DNA of 64,000 nucleotides from Diadema antillarum (Eukaryota), in NCBI RefSeq assembly GCF_040938485.1, contig NW_027270975.1, positions 1,178,001 to 1,242,000 of the forward strand. Reading direction: 5' to 3'. The position numbers were made by a program, and so were the translations under genes. Shown here piece after piece: positions 1-12,697 of the stretch; the first letter of the stretch is position 1; every line of letters begins with the position of its first letter. The notes under the pieces are model-generated. The model did no database searches. It was not told the origin of the DNA and saw nothing but the letters and a program-made list of their open reading frames with translations.

Positions 1-251
1 AAGGGTCAAAAGTCAAGTAAAAATCATCAGTTCCCCAAATACCTGCACTCTGACATTTTAATCATTCATCCAATTGAACCTAGTTCCAGGAAAGTGAACA
101 TTCAGCACATTTGTGGCAAACCTGTCATTTTAATATTTTGCCAATTGTGTGAAACTGTCATCACACATTGTCAAGACATTGTACTATAGACCTATTAGGA
201 GAACCATGCATTATGGCGGAGGCATATCAGTCGCCGTAGCGATATATCTAG
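1..251 (+). mobile_element. 3' end of a probable non-autonomous Helitron-like repeat (truncated by the window start)
   Basis: Ends in a short GC hairpin (gtcgc-cgta-gcgat) about 6 nt before CTAG (248-251) followed by T. This is the canonical Helitron 3' architecture. The 5' end lies outside the window. Confidence 0.4.
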
Positions 252-1870
252 TTTTGCTTGCATTGAGCCTTAGTTTGTCAGCACTGTTGTCAAGGTAACA
301 AAGGTCTATACTTCAAAACTATTGAGAAAGCGTCCTGACGAAGATGCTGATTTTACTGAAAGATAAACAGGTGGGAGATATGATTGGTCCTCTTTGTTCT
401 TCAGGCACATTTATCTTCCATATTTGTCATGTAATTTTTCTCATACTGTGAGCTCGGTGGATTCTGAACTGCTTGAAAGGGAGTGTTTAATAAATCAGAC
501 AGTAGTAACATCAACAAAGTTTACATATTTGTATATGACTATTACTTGATATGCGTTGCAACTTTCATTAGCCTATGCATGTATTGTAGTGTAGGTTGTA
601 GCAAAAGATAATTATAACTATTCAAATTGGATTTTATTCAGTGCAGCCTAATTTTAATTGTCAGAAACCATGATTGATGTATCACCTTGAAGAATCTTCT
701 CATATGACTTGTCCTGGATGCGAAGGAGTTAAGGATAGAGCACCAGTGTGTATCGACACCCCGCCCTCAGCTAGCCAAGTGTGAATGTCATGTGATGGAT
801 GAGGGAAGACAGTAGTTTTGGGTCCAGACCTTTGGACAGAAAGATTCTTCTTGTCATTTTACCTTCCAGACTACAGTTTGGGAAGGACAATTTCAATACT
901 ACCTCTCTGTTAACAAAAACATATTATTTACCTTTATCTTTTTGTATAAAAAGATTGATAAGTGAAGCAAGTGTGTAGTGTTCAGTAAGAACAAATTTTT
1001 GATGTATAGGAAAAGCAAAACTTCATTACAAAGTATTTTAAAGCATGGGACCAAGACTGGTGTGGAAAAGTATGGTAGAAGATTAGTGTGATATGGTATG
1101 GGGTGATGATGAATCCAGATGGTCTCATATCCAAAATGCTATGATGAGAGGAAATTCAAGAGATTCCAAAATGCTGGAAAGAATTTGTCATATGCTGTCC
1201 ATCAATTTATCTCTGTGTTAGAGATCATTTTTGTACAAACTAAGCGTACAAATCAAACTGCAAACTAGAACCATTGTTCATCACTGTGCCCTTTTATGAC
1301 AAGGAACTCTTCTGTATGCATCTTAACTTCAAATACTGCTTTTACAAATTCTTGAAATTTAGGGCATTTTTAGTTCTGAATTTTGAGATTCAATTCAGGA
1401 ACATATTTGACTAACTTTTTTTTTGAAAAAAAAAACACACAAAGAAAGTATTCCATTTAGTGAGGGAACATATATGCTGCAATGCAACAAACCAGATGAA
1501 TCAAAATGCTTCTTCATGCCATGCACGTTATGAACTTACACGATATCTTTGCTCTTTTTTTTTCACAAAAATCTGCTGACTTATTTGGCATGGGAAAGCG
1601 GAGACATTCTACAAAAGTACCACCCTCTCTATGTTGTATTGTCTAGATTTCTGTGAAGTCACTCAGAAAGGGATTTCAGACAAAAGTGTAAAAGCATCTC
1701 ACAAATCGCATAAGAATTTACCTGTATGTTTCTATGATTCTTCACCTTTAATCTATGAAATTAGTAATTTAAAGAAGTATGCTGCAATTACTTTACTAAT
1801 TTTGAAATAACACTGCTCACATAAGTTCTTTCAATATGAATTGGCTCGTATTTATCTGAACAGTTGTCAT

Positions 1871-1893
1871 ACACACACACACACACACACACA
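1871..1893. repeat. (CA)n microsatellite
   Basis: Pure AC dinucleotide run. Confidence 0.95.
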
Positions 1894-2166
1894 AAATAAT
1901 AATGTGACAGTTTTTGTGACCTCGAGAGCAGCTGTTGCGTGTGTCAGAGAATGTTCCACTTTAATTCATGTTCTTGACCTTGAATACTAAGAACCAGTAT
2001 TCTATGCAATGGAATACACTTGCATTTGGCATTTCTCATCAAACTTTGTTCCTCGTGTGTTCAACGATGATATGTGCTGAAGCCCTGACAAACTGGGCTA
2101 CACTTGAAAGACAAACAGGAAAATTTCTTTCACAGCTGTCATCTCCAGATATAGTTTGTTACTTTA

Positions 2167-2943
2167 GTTACGTTCAGACGGGAGCCCTTAACCTCGAAGT
2201 TAGGAAACTTCGAGGTTAGAGCTTGTAGTTAGGGACCGTGAAGACGCACTCGTAGTTAGCAAACCTCGAGGTTTGCTCGATGTTTCGAGCCACGAGAAAT
2301 CTTATGGTTAGCGCTCTAACCACGAGCCGCGGGGGGTCCCCACTCGTAGTTAAGCACCGTGTGGACACAAAAAACAACGAACTCGAAGTTAAGAGTGACC
2401 TCGCCGTAAACTCCAGCCCCCCACAATTTCCCTCTGCTTCCGGGTCAACCTCCCAAACGTACACCACAAATACACTACACGTGAAAAACCTATGACGCAC
2501 GACACAACAACATCATCTTTTCTTCCCATGCGCTTGATCTCTGAAACTGAACATGTCGAACTCGCTACTGTATTCTATATTCTTCTCCGACGCTAAAAAA
2601 GAAATGTTTTCGACGAATATCTTCATAAAGGCATAAAGTCATCAGTGCAGTGCTATCTCTGCATATCATGACAGAGAAAAAGAGTACCTGTAAGCGAGTC
2701 CGACAGGGTTGGACTAAAGAATAAATAGACGCCTTGTTAGCAATGTGGGCTTAAACTTCCGGTTTTGTGGTTTTAACATCGAGTGGGACCCACTCGTAGT
2801 TACGGGGGGCAGAAGCTTAACCTCGAAGTTTCGTAACCTCGAGGTTACGATTCGTCGTGTGGACACACGTCGTAGTTAGGGGGCAAGAGCTAAACCTCGA
2901 GGTTTCCTAACCTCGAGGTTAGGGCCTACCGTCTGAACGTAAC
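2167..2943. mobile_element. Non-autonomous TIR DNA transposon (MITE), PIF/Harbinger-like architecture
   Basis: 15-bp perfect TIR gttacgttcagacgg / ccgtctgaacgtaac, extending imperfectly to ~50 bp. About 12 subterminal copies of the palindrome AACCTCGAGGTT and its variants. CpG-rich, no transposase. TSD unresolved. Confidence 0.85.
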
Positions 2944-3017
2944 TTTTGGCATGTCACCATTGTAAAGTTTACAGGGTTATGTGATGCACAAAAATAGCTT
3001 TCAACGTCACTGGTTTT

Positions 3018-3100
3018 GAGAGAGAGAGAGATGAATTAATAGATAAATCGTGAAAGAGATAGGGAGAGAGAGTAAGAGAGATAGAGGGAGAGGAAGAAGA
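3018..3100. repeat. (GA)n-rich purine tract
   Basis: Degenerate GA/AGAG repeats. Confidence 0.85.
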
Positions 3101-6100
3101 CAAGAATATACCAACAGCTAGGAGTACTGTACTCAAGTCTTAACATCATTTATTGTTGGCAATGATGCGGTTGTCATGGTAGATTGATGCAGGCAGGCAG
3201 GGGTACAGGTGCTTCCCTTCCAAGCTGGTCCTATCTCCTCATTCCATCTGACATGTTTTTCTCCTGTTTCTGCCAGGAGTCTTAGCTGACATTCATAGCT
3301 GGCATAGTTGATGATCATATTTCTCTATCTCCTGAAGAGAAACTGACTCTGAACTTTCACCCCTCTCCACAACCTCAGCAAAGTGGACCTACTCTCTTAC
3401 CCTCTCTCCAAATGGCTTCAGAAATGAGAAACCGTAGTCACAGCACTTGACATCATTCACTCTGTCTTGAGTTACTGTTTACGATAACCATGTTTAAGTA
3501 ATTGTCAGTTTCGCAACCCCATGAGATATGTGTCAGTTTACGAAGGTACAGGAATATGTGTCAAGCAACATGATGGTATTTCAAATGGTTTGTCATCGTC
3601 CTCCCAGCAATGTCGAAGTGAGTGTGATCAATTTACAGAGGGGATAAAGCAAATAAGCTTAAGAATTGATAGGGATCTTCAACATATAGCATTTCCAATA
3701 TACCAAATAAAATGCTGTATTTTCTTCTTAGTCCCTCTCAGGGGAAGTTTATGGCAACATCCGAAGAATTACCAAAAAACTCATCTATTCTGCTGCATCT
3801 AACTGTTTTCTTTTAAATGGATAAAATATTGTCAGCTCTTAACGCCAGATCCAAAATGAGCCACTGTGTTTGATAACCTTTGACCCAACTTGCAGTCAGC
3901 AGAGGTTATTCACCGGGCTTGGAAAAAAAATCTTTGCTGGGAATGAAAGGTGAAGAAAATGACCCACAATTCACGTTTATTTTTGTTGCGATGTTTAATG
4001 CTAGAGGGTAGAACGTTAACTGGCTCCAGACTTGAGAAAAATTTCTTTTGGGAGCTATTGGGTAAGGGGGAACTCTTCTATATAAGAGGCAACAAACTTA
4101 GTGTAAATATTTTCTGTCCAATTTAATGAAAACACATCTGTGTTAACTCATGGAGTCCCAGGAAAATTTGCTGCAGTAATTATTATCTTGTCATCATTAC
4201 ATTAGCATCTTCATTTCATATCTCATATCACAGAATGGTTATATGGAACTGTTTAAATTCATAAAGTCTACACAACATTGGAAGGAACTGTAAATCTGAG
4301 AGAGAAACATGAAATTTAGTCTTCTAGATGGTGTTACCAATCTAAGATTCAGTTATGAATGTAGCAATTAAGAAGTTTCTAATTCCCAAGCAAACAACAT
4401 ACTTGTATATGAACCTCAAAGACCTCACATGAAAGATATTTCGTAAACTCTACTTTATGAAACATTAACAATAAATAGTACAAATTGTGATTGGGATTAA
4501 TGGTTTGAAGAGAAGCTCTATTCCACATTCACATTGACCTGATTGAATCAAATGAAACAAGACTTTAGTTTTGTCAAGACTGACAAATTAGGCGATCCAT
4601 TTGAATTTGTGATAAGGGGTGATTGGCCATGCTGCACTCAGCAAAAAAAGAAAGTAAACACTTTTTCAAGTTTATCTTTCTCATAGACTGTCTGGCTAAA
4701 AATGGTGTTTTATATACTATGTTAAAGGTAATTCAATTAGCTATCAACCCAGTAGGTCAATGAAAATGTTAACTTAACGCATGAGTGAACACATTTGTTT
4801 TTCTCTTCCAAGGCAGAAAAGTAAAAATTGCAAAATGGACAAGTTGCTATTCAAGCGTATTTGTTCTTCCATATAATAATGCAAACAAAAGACAAGTTCA
4901 ACACAATAGAAATGCAAATTAATTTGCAAAAATCAACCTATGATCTCAATAATATCTCTGTAACCTTCCAAAGATAAAGAAAGGCAAAAATTATGGAGGA
5001 AAATGAATCTTCTGTCAAATCCGCAGTCAAAAGACATAAGAGAAAAATTATGGTAACAAAGAAAGTTAAATTTGAAACGTTATTCCAAATTAAGAAAATT
5101 TTAGATAATATTAGGTTCTTGAATTTGTCTCGTGCATTCTTAAATTCCTTGATTAAAAGGTAAAATGAAGAAATTCTGCCGATTTTATCACCTTTACGGC
5201 TTACTCCCTATATGTCATTTAAAGGTTGAATTGATGGACAATGCTTATGTTCCACCTTCAGTTTCCCTACTATGTTTTTGTTTTTAATATAAAGGGAAAT
5301 AAGGGCACAGAAACTTATTTCTGCTATTTCATTCATGTCTCTCATTGCGTTAAATTGGTCTTTTGTTATCATTTGCTATCTTGGAGGGCATTTGCAAATG
5401 AATCTCAATATGTCCAATTCTGCAATTTTTACTATTCTGCCTTGAAGGGCAAAAACGAATGTGTTCACTCATGCGTAAAATTTCCCTTTGTATACACCTA
5501 CTAGGTTGACAGCCAATTAAATAATCTTTGATATGGTATATGACACATTGATTTTTATAAAAATCTTCTATGAAAAATATTAACTGGAAAAAGTGTTTAC
5601 TTTCTTTTTTTGTTGAGTGTATTTTTCAGATGTTCAAGTGAAATATTAAATCAAAACATACCCATATGTGAAATCATATCAATTCAATTCAGTTTAATTC
5701 ATTGATTTTCATTCTCTTTTTTCAGACAAATCATAACACAGATTAAATCAGGACTTATATCATAGGCATATATACATTAGACATTACATCAATATCATTC
5801 AGTGTGAAGAAAGATATGATGTTCATAATTTTCACATATTTGTATTTGTATAAAACATATGAAATTGAGTGAAAATATGGGGTTTATGAGATAATAGAAT
5901 CATTAACAACTACATGTGCAAATTTCAGAAGGCAGGGATGTTCATAAAAGTGTTTGAATGTTGCAACAAGAAATATCAGGTAATGACGTGTGGACATCTA
6001 TTGAAAAACAAATTTCATAATATATATTTCACAAATGTGGTTTAGGACCTTTGTATGGCTTCTTTAACTTGAATCATCAACCAACATTCGGTTTCTCATT

Positions 6101-6956
6101 TGCAAATATCATATTAAAGAAGGCAGTTTAAAAGAATCATAGTACTTCAGTGGCGTCACATCACCATGAGGGATATTTTGCCACTGCTTTCTTATTACTA
6201 TCCCCTGTTAAAGAGGAGATGATGTCATTCAATATTGGAATCGTCTATGTATATGGCGTTTGACGACTGCCGACGCCCGATTGTGCCTGTGGTCATTTGC
6301 TGAAATAATTTTTTTTTCCCCTGCGAGGCACATGCCATGTATGATGAGCAGTGAGTGAAATGGGACTCACAAGGTCCCAGCAGGGTTGATATGCCTGCTT
6401 AGCAGAGTCTAACATTCCTCGGGTCAATTTTATTTATATCATTTTTTTTTTCTAAGGGAGAGAGTTGTTCAACTATTTAAAGCTCAGAAAGCTGTTTATT
6501 ACACTGCAACTTCCTCTCTTTGTCTCAACTAATTTTAACTAATAATTTTGAGAAATACACAGTGATTTTTGTTTAATAGTTGAATGGTGCCAGTTTCTTT
6601 GTTATCATGCAAGCAGCATATTGGGAAAATGTTTGCACACAAACTCCAGTGTAGGTATGGGGAGGTGAAAATAGCAGATTTTATATCATAAGTAGTAGGC
6701 CTATGACATTAATAAAAAAGACCCATGGGATGCCATTTATCACTGTTTTTTTTTAATTTGATGAATGATTATTACCATTCATCATTACCTTTTTCTGATA
6801 AAGCAATTTTGTAATTGTTTGTATTATCAGTTATCTGTGTTTCCCCCTCCCCCCCAAAAAAAAAAAAATTGTTTTCCCAAATGGTAGATAGGCAGTGAGT
6901 CCTTCACACCTGCCCCAGAGTACCTACAGCAAATCCAGGGAAAACAAGCATGTTAA

Positions 6957-7041
6957 CCCATTGAAGACTAGTCCCAAGTATACTCTGGCAGGTGTCTATG
7001 GGAAATGTGTATGACAACAAAATCAGCTCATCCACAGTAGG
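6957..7041 (+). mobile_element. 85-bp piggyBac-type micro-MITE, degenerate copy 1
   Basis: Aligns without gaps (85 bp) to the 17654-17738 copy. TTAA at 6953-6956, CCC start, decayed right TIR followed by TAAA. Confidence 0.8.
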
Positions 7042-7056
7042 TAAAGGAGTTATTGA

Positions 7057-7893
7057 GCGTGTTTCTACTGAGCGACAAAAATTCGAGGTGATGCGAGGCG
7101 ATGCGAGATGATTCGCGGTGATACACGGTGATGCGCGGCGATGCGCGGTGACACCTCAAATTTTTCCTCAGTAGAAACAGATCGGGTAGTGGCCGATGCG
7201 CGGTGATGCGAGGTGCTCCGTCGTCCACCTTTTGAGGTGGTCGATGTGCGGTGATGCGAGGGACGATTCTCAGTAGAAACACACCGGGTAGCGAAATTCA
7301 CGGTATACCGGAAGTCTCGAATTATTGGGAGCTTTCGCCCCGCGCTTTTCAAACGGTTCATCGCACACTCCAACACTTGTGTGTACACAGCGACCGTAAT
7401 TTCGCAAGCATTATGCCTTGTACCAACTATTACTATATACAGTATATGAGGTGGTACCATCGTCTAAATTGTTTGCGTGCCCAACAGCCTATTAGTATAC
7501 AATACTTGTTCGCGTTCATTTTCCCATAAAAATCGTATTGCCTCGAAGATGTAGATTCCCTAATTCGTTTTCGCTGCAATACTAATGTTAGTATGTCGGA
7601 GCCCCAGGAGAGCCTCGACCTGCAATGATTCCTAATAACCAAGTGGCAGGAAATGTTGGTGAGGGGCATTTTGGACAGAAGGACTAAACGAAATTCAGTG
7701 ACCTACCAGTGACCTGAAAATATGCGACTTCCGGATTCACCGCATTTAGCACGTCACCTCGCATCACCGCATATTTTATCACTCAGTAGAAACAGCTCGA
7801 GTGGTCGTAAAATACGAGGTCATGCGGGGGATAAAATTCGCGGTGATGCGAGGTGATGCGAGGTGGTGCGAGGTGCTCTCAGTAGAAACACCC
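7057..7893. mobile_element. Non-autonomous TIR DNA transposon (MITE) with internal repeat arrays, Harbinger-like
   Basis: TIR gcgtgtttctactgag / ctcagtagaaacaccc (15/16 match). Internal copies of ctcagtagaaaca at ~7168, ~7269 and ~7781. Arrays of (g/c)ggtgatgcg. CpG-rich. Confidence 0.85.
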
Positions 7894-8246
7894 TCAATGA
7901 CTTTAGCTGGTTGTTGCAGTGTCTTTATTCTTTGCATGTAGTGTTTATAGCCTAATCCATCACTGTTAGTTTTATTACATCATCATGGTATGTGTATGGC
8001 AGGCACTAATAAGACATCCACAAAAGAACTCCAGCTGGGGAAAAAACACATTGCAAACCAAATGAAGCATCAAAGAAGAATTTCTGAAGTACCTCATATC
8101 ATTTCACTCTCTCAAGTTGGCCTAAGATTTGATTTACCATGACTCACACTGGGAGGTTCATGACTAGTGACCATTTTGATTGCTGTAAAAATCAAAACAA
8201 ATACCTCCTGTGAGATGAGGATTTCTTTTATGTTGTGTATATATAT

Positions 8247-8495
8247 GAAGAGTTTGTTTGCAAAAACCGATAAGTCCATATTTGTCAAATGAAGATATTT
8301 GCGATTAAAGGTCAAGAAAAATAAAGAGAATTTAGTAAGAAAATGTTTGCTTCTTTTGACCATAACTTCAAAAATATACCTTTTTATGTAGTGACCAATA
8401 TATCATTTAAAAGGTAGTATTTTGTACTTTATGACAGAGACCGTACTTCAAAATCTTCAAAAATGGACTTATCGGTTTTTGCAAACAAACTCTTC
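8247..8495 (+). mobile_element. 249-bp MITE with 4-bp AWWT TSD (Sola-like), copy 1
   Basis: Perfect 33-bp TIR gaagagtttgtttgcaaaaaccgataagtccat. TSD ATAT at 8243-8246 and 8496-8499. Homologous copy at 49410-49656. Confidence 0.85.
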
Positions 8496-11400
8496 ATATT
8501 TTCCCTCAGTATCTACTGCAAGTGGAACTACAAGAGACCACCTGAAAATTAGTGATTTGTAGTAACATTTGATATTTTGAAGATGTGGTAGAACTAGTCT
8601 GCTTGGAAATTATTTTGATGTACAGCAGACTTTTCAAATATTATTTGTTAGAACCAGCTCTTTCAAGCTTGTGTCCATTGAACTACAGGGTACGATACTT
8701 CTGAGCTAATCATTGGCAGATTTTTTTGACGTCAGTTCAGAGCCATGACAACCAAATCTCTCATAGCTCTTGCTGTCTGCCTATGTGAGATTTTCTGGTT
8801 GTGTCCAGGATCAAAATGTAAGTGAAGTTAAGACTTTGAAAGAAGAGAGTTGTTAAACTTGGTAAGATAGAATGGTATCAGAGTTTCTTCTGGCGTTGTT
8901 CTCTCTCCATTTAGGCAGCAGTTGTGGAAGAGGCTGTCATGCTGATACTACTGTAGGAACAGCTGTCATTCCGTCACTTTAGTAAGGGCTCCTCACACAG
9001 CATGCATGGCTAATTGATCTGCCTGCCATTTGTGGCTCTCGTGGTATTGTTGTGAACTTTTTTGCGTACTCTCAGCACACTTTGAGCCCATCTCACGTGG
9101 AGTTTCCCTCCTCATCGCTCCAACCCACCCCAACATACGTGTGTAGATTTTTTTTTTTCTCTGTGCGGCTGCTTGATGTGATCGTCTGCTTGTCAAGTCC
9201 ATCAGAGCACACCCAGGGACTGCCACACTTCTCATCCCGTTTAAAAAATATTATCAGATTCATCGTCCCTCTTGCTCACGTAAAGTGTGTGTCTTCTACC
9301 AAAGGTAAACTTTTTGGAAGGGGGGGTGTGGAGCTGTTTACCCCAGATTGTGAGTTTCATATATGTGTCTGTTCATGTGTCCTAATATTTGCGCTCCTCC
9401 ATCTCTCATTTATTTTTTCCTCCTGAGGAAAAAATATGAAAGAAAAAAAATCTTAAAGCTTGTTGGGTCATTGACTGACCGCTGGTGCGCATCCTGGGGA
9501 CACGCACGGAGGATGTATTGGATTAGCATCTGCCTTTCACCAGACTCAAACCACACAAGATTTTCTCTGCTTCCGGATCGTCATCCAATTTGCAGGAAAG
9601 GTTGAAGAAGCGGGGGAGAGTCTGCAATCAACATCTTTACTTTATGCATATATATGCTTGGAATGCAGACAGTGAGACAAATTTTACTCCTTACGGAACC
9701 TTCGTACTCTGCTGGAATAAAAATTACGGAAGGAGAGCTGGAATGTGTCGTTAAGTCAATGTAAATTGCAGATATAGATTTGTGACACAGAAATCAGAGG
9801 AATCTACATTTATGGAATGTGTGTATTGATGAATTCGTGAGGCACCAAGAGATTATTGCAATTGGCCGTTTACCGTACTTCAGCAACAAAGCATGATTTT
9901 GCATGCACAGCTTGTTTGTGCATTTCATGCTTGTTTTTATATCCTGGACAAAAAATATGTTTATAGATACATATATATATTTGCTGACTGAAGAAAAGAT
10001 TGGAATGCAGGGGAAAAGTTTCTGTAACTCAATCGACCAGTTGAAGATGCAAGTACATGAATGATGATACATGAAAGCTGGACACTCCATTTTGTATATA
10101 GAGTCTGTGCTTTGTGACTGGTGCAGTTTCCACACCCTCCCAAGATCCCAAATTGGATGGCTCCTTGTGCATTTTTTTAATATCTCATCGTTTACAAATT
10201 TGAACCTCATGAATGATGCATCAGTGATTCAAATTCAATTTGTTATACCTTATGAGTGCTGCAAGGGGCAACACTCTGTAATTACAATGTGATGGTGATT
10301 CTTTGGGACATTCAATAAGTGCTGTCGAGGATGAAAAAGTAAGATTGAATTACCTTCTTTGTTGTTGCAAATTGAAGTTCAGTAAACATGATGAATGATG
10401 ACACATTGATTTTGGAAGTTGTGCATTACAATCAGTGGTCAAATTTCAAGGAGACTTTATGTCGTTCCTGTGGGGACCAGCTTTGTGATGTAATAAAGGA
10501 TACAAAAAGGTGCAAGAAGTGATATTATTCATGAACCTTATATACTGAACAAGATTTTACCAAGTGTGGCTCCAGTGGATTTACGAAATCTGTACTGCAC
10601 AAACAATGCCTTACCTTTGGAATTGACAAATTGGAATTTCAAGATACATACATCTCATCCATAGCATTTTACATCACTCTGTGGGATAAGGAGGAGGCTG
10701 AGAGGATCTTTGTATGTTGGAGCAGGGAGTTGAAAATCAGTGGAGTGACAAATTTGCCAAGCTGAGCTTTCACTTGTCGTACTCGCCAGTGATTGATATC
10801 CCATCCAGATTCAGATCTGCAGATGTCTTTGAAAATTTCACTCATCATCATGGCCGTGTTTGCTCATTTTGATTGACCCAAATTTTTGCTGTTGTTCTGT
10901 TGGAAATGCCTCTTCTGTGAATAATACTTTCTACTTCTGCATGTGGAAGCAAATTGTGATTCCTGAAGACTGCCACTTTATGCAGACAGTCAGTCATTTC
11001 CCCTCTTGCAACAGTTAATGTCAATTAGCTATTTACAGTCAGTTCTACGAGAGACGTTTGTGTTGCTGTTAATCAGCACAATCATCATTAACCCAGTGAT
11101 CAGATAAATGTAAAACATTGTTTTGGAGGTCAGATGGTGTTTGGTTTCAGGAGCAGTTCTCTTTTTGATTTTTCAAAAGCTTTACTGACAGTGTGACTGT
11201 GCATGAGGTCATTCCACTTTGACGTGTGTGTATGCAGGTAATGTGACCAGGCAGCTCTTCAATTTAATATTTTCAATATTGTAATTGGATACTTATCCTT
11301 TAGAAATTGAGAGTGATCAGAAGAAAAATAGATTGTGAAGGAAAGAGAAAAGAGACTTCAGAACAACTTGCTTTGTGCTCGCAATGCACATTTGGAGTGA

Positions 11401-12667
11401 TCTAAATCCCAGGCAACAAATATTTTGTGACTGGGTGATTGGTCGTTAAAGATTTCAATTACCTGCACCACGAACTGTTGATTTGCTATTCATGAGCGGC
11501 ACGATGGTCTAGTCATCCTGCGGCAAGTGATTGCCTTTGTTGTAGGCATGCGTCACTTCCACTCTCCTCAAACCAAGCTGAGGATGGGACATACACTTCA
11601 GTGACTGACTGCCTGCCCATCCATCATCACCGAATAATCTGTTGGTCAGTTAACCATCCCTGCCCCCTCTCCAGCAATCATCCTCACACCATCATCCCTG
11701 GCGAGGTGTTTCTCCTTGGTAACGGAGGAGTGTGCAGCATTTGCCAAGGGACTTCATCCCTGCCTCTTGGATTGCAAAGTGGTATCGGTGGATCCCAACC
11801 CATTGAAAAGCACGCAGCAGCCCCCCCCCCCCCCCCCCACACACACACATCCCTTCCATTAATCTTCTTGCATATTGTATCTTGTGTGTGTAGTAGGGAG
11901 AGCACTCCTGATTGAGTGAGGACATATCCTTGACCAAGAATCCTCATCTCCCTCCCTCTCTCTCTCACCTTGTGACACGTCTGTATATTCCTCTCTCTCA
12001 AGAAACCTGAAAACAAAAATTAGACCAACTGTTCAGCTGTGGATTTTTGTGCAACCTCTTCTTAAACATAGCAATTTCACCTCAGATTGCCATCGCCAGA
12101 TTGGGCCTGTCAGTAAGGAGGTAGATTTACCTTTGAGCGTTCAGCGCAGGAGCTTTGTGAAGTTTCATCTTGTGCCCCTCCCCCAACACAACTGTGTTTT
12201 CTACTCCGAAAGCAAGCTGTGAATAGGAGCAGGGAGAGGGAAAAAAGAGACAGAGGAGGACTGTGAATGGTGTATTAAGTTTCTCCAGACACTGGCCCAC
12301 TGTCTGAATATTAACCCCAGCCCCAGCCCAGCGAGGAGGACATTTGCCCCCATGTGGAAGGACCTGCTACCGTGTGCTCTACTGCTACCCTGGGCTGTAT
12401 TACCTCAATGTGCTCCCATGTGAAACACACCGCTCCCATGCTTCCCCCTTTTCTACAACCCTTTAGCTTGGCTCTGCCCTGGATCTTGGTAATCTTTAAC
12501 TAGGATTATATCAATTTGCTGGCAGCCTCCTCCATCTCCTCCATTTTTTCACCTATTCCTTCAGAGAGAGGTTTTTTTCCCTCCTTCTCAGTGGGGACAG
12601 GATTAAATGCTTTCTCTCTGGTGGTCGAGTCCTCACGGAGCCGTGAGACTGTGATTGGTCGTCCGAG

Positions 12668-12697
12668 ATGGGAGAATGTTACAGCCTGTTTAGCAAG
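12668..12697 (+). CDS. Candidate first coding exon MGECYSLFSK (N-myristoylation-type N-terminus) of an unidentified host gene
   Basis: Kozak-like gagATGG, 10 codons ending at a strong donor AAG|GTAAGG (phase 0). ATTGG (reverse CCAAT) upstream and a GC/CpG-richer region at 12080-12660. No transcript evidence. Confidence 0.35.

Noticed and set aside
2167-2943. Regularly recurring palindromes resembling a CRISPR-like array (also in 32909-33465)
   Set aside because: Irregular spacing, mixed orientation, enclosed by TIRs, eukaryotic context and no cas genes. These are MITE subterminal repeats.
7034-7043. Shared 10-mer acagtaggta after piggyBac MITE copies 1 and 2, suggesting a common flank
   Set aside because: In copy 1 this sequence is the decayed right TIR plus TSD of a gap-free 85-bp alignment, so the match to copy 2's flank is coincidental.
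7028-7669. ORFs 7028-7282, 7065-7460, 7251-7529 and 7433-7669
   Set aside because: They arise from the repeat arrays and CpG-rich interior of the 7057 MITE and contain no domain motifs.
7903-7914. TTAGCTGGTTGT, identical to the 3' half of miR-34
   Set aside because: The seed half is absent and there is no precursor hairpin.
11819-11838. Poly-C/poly-G tracts (also ~13152, ~16370, ~19161, ~37969, ~50213, ~62470) as G-quadruplex elements
   Set aside because: Single homopolymer runs are scattered throughout the window with no pattern linking them to other features.
12511-12685. Minus-strand protein-like frame AVTFSHLGRPITVSRLREDSTT...KLI*
   Set aside because: It overlaps the better-supported plus-strand exon signals (Kozak ATG, strong donor), and no other minus-strand exons connect to it. 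Not fully excluded.
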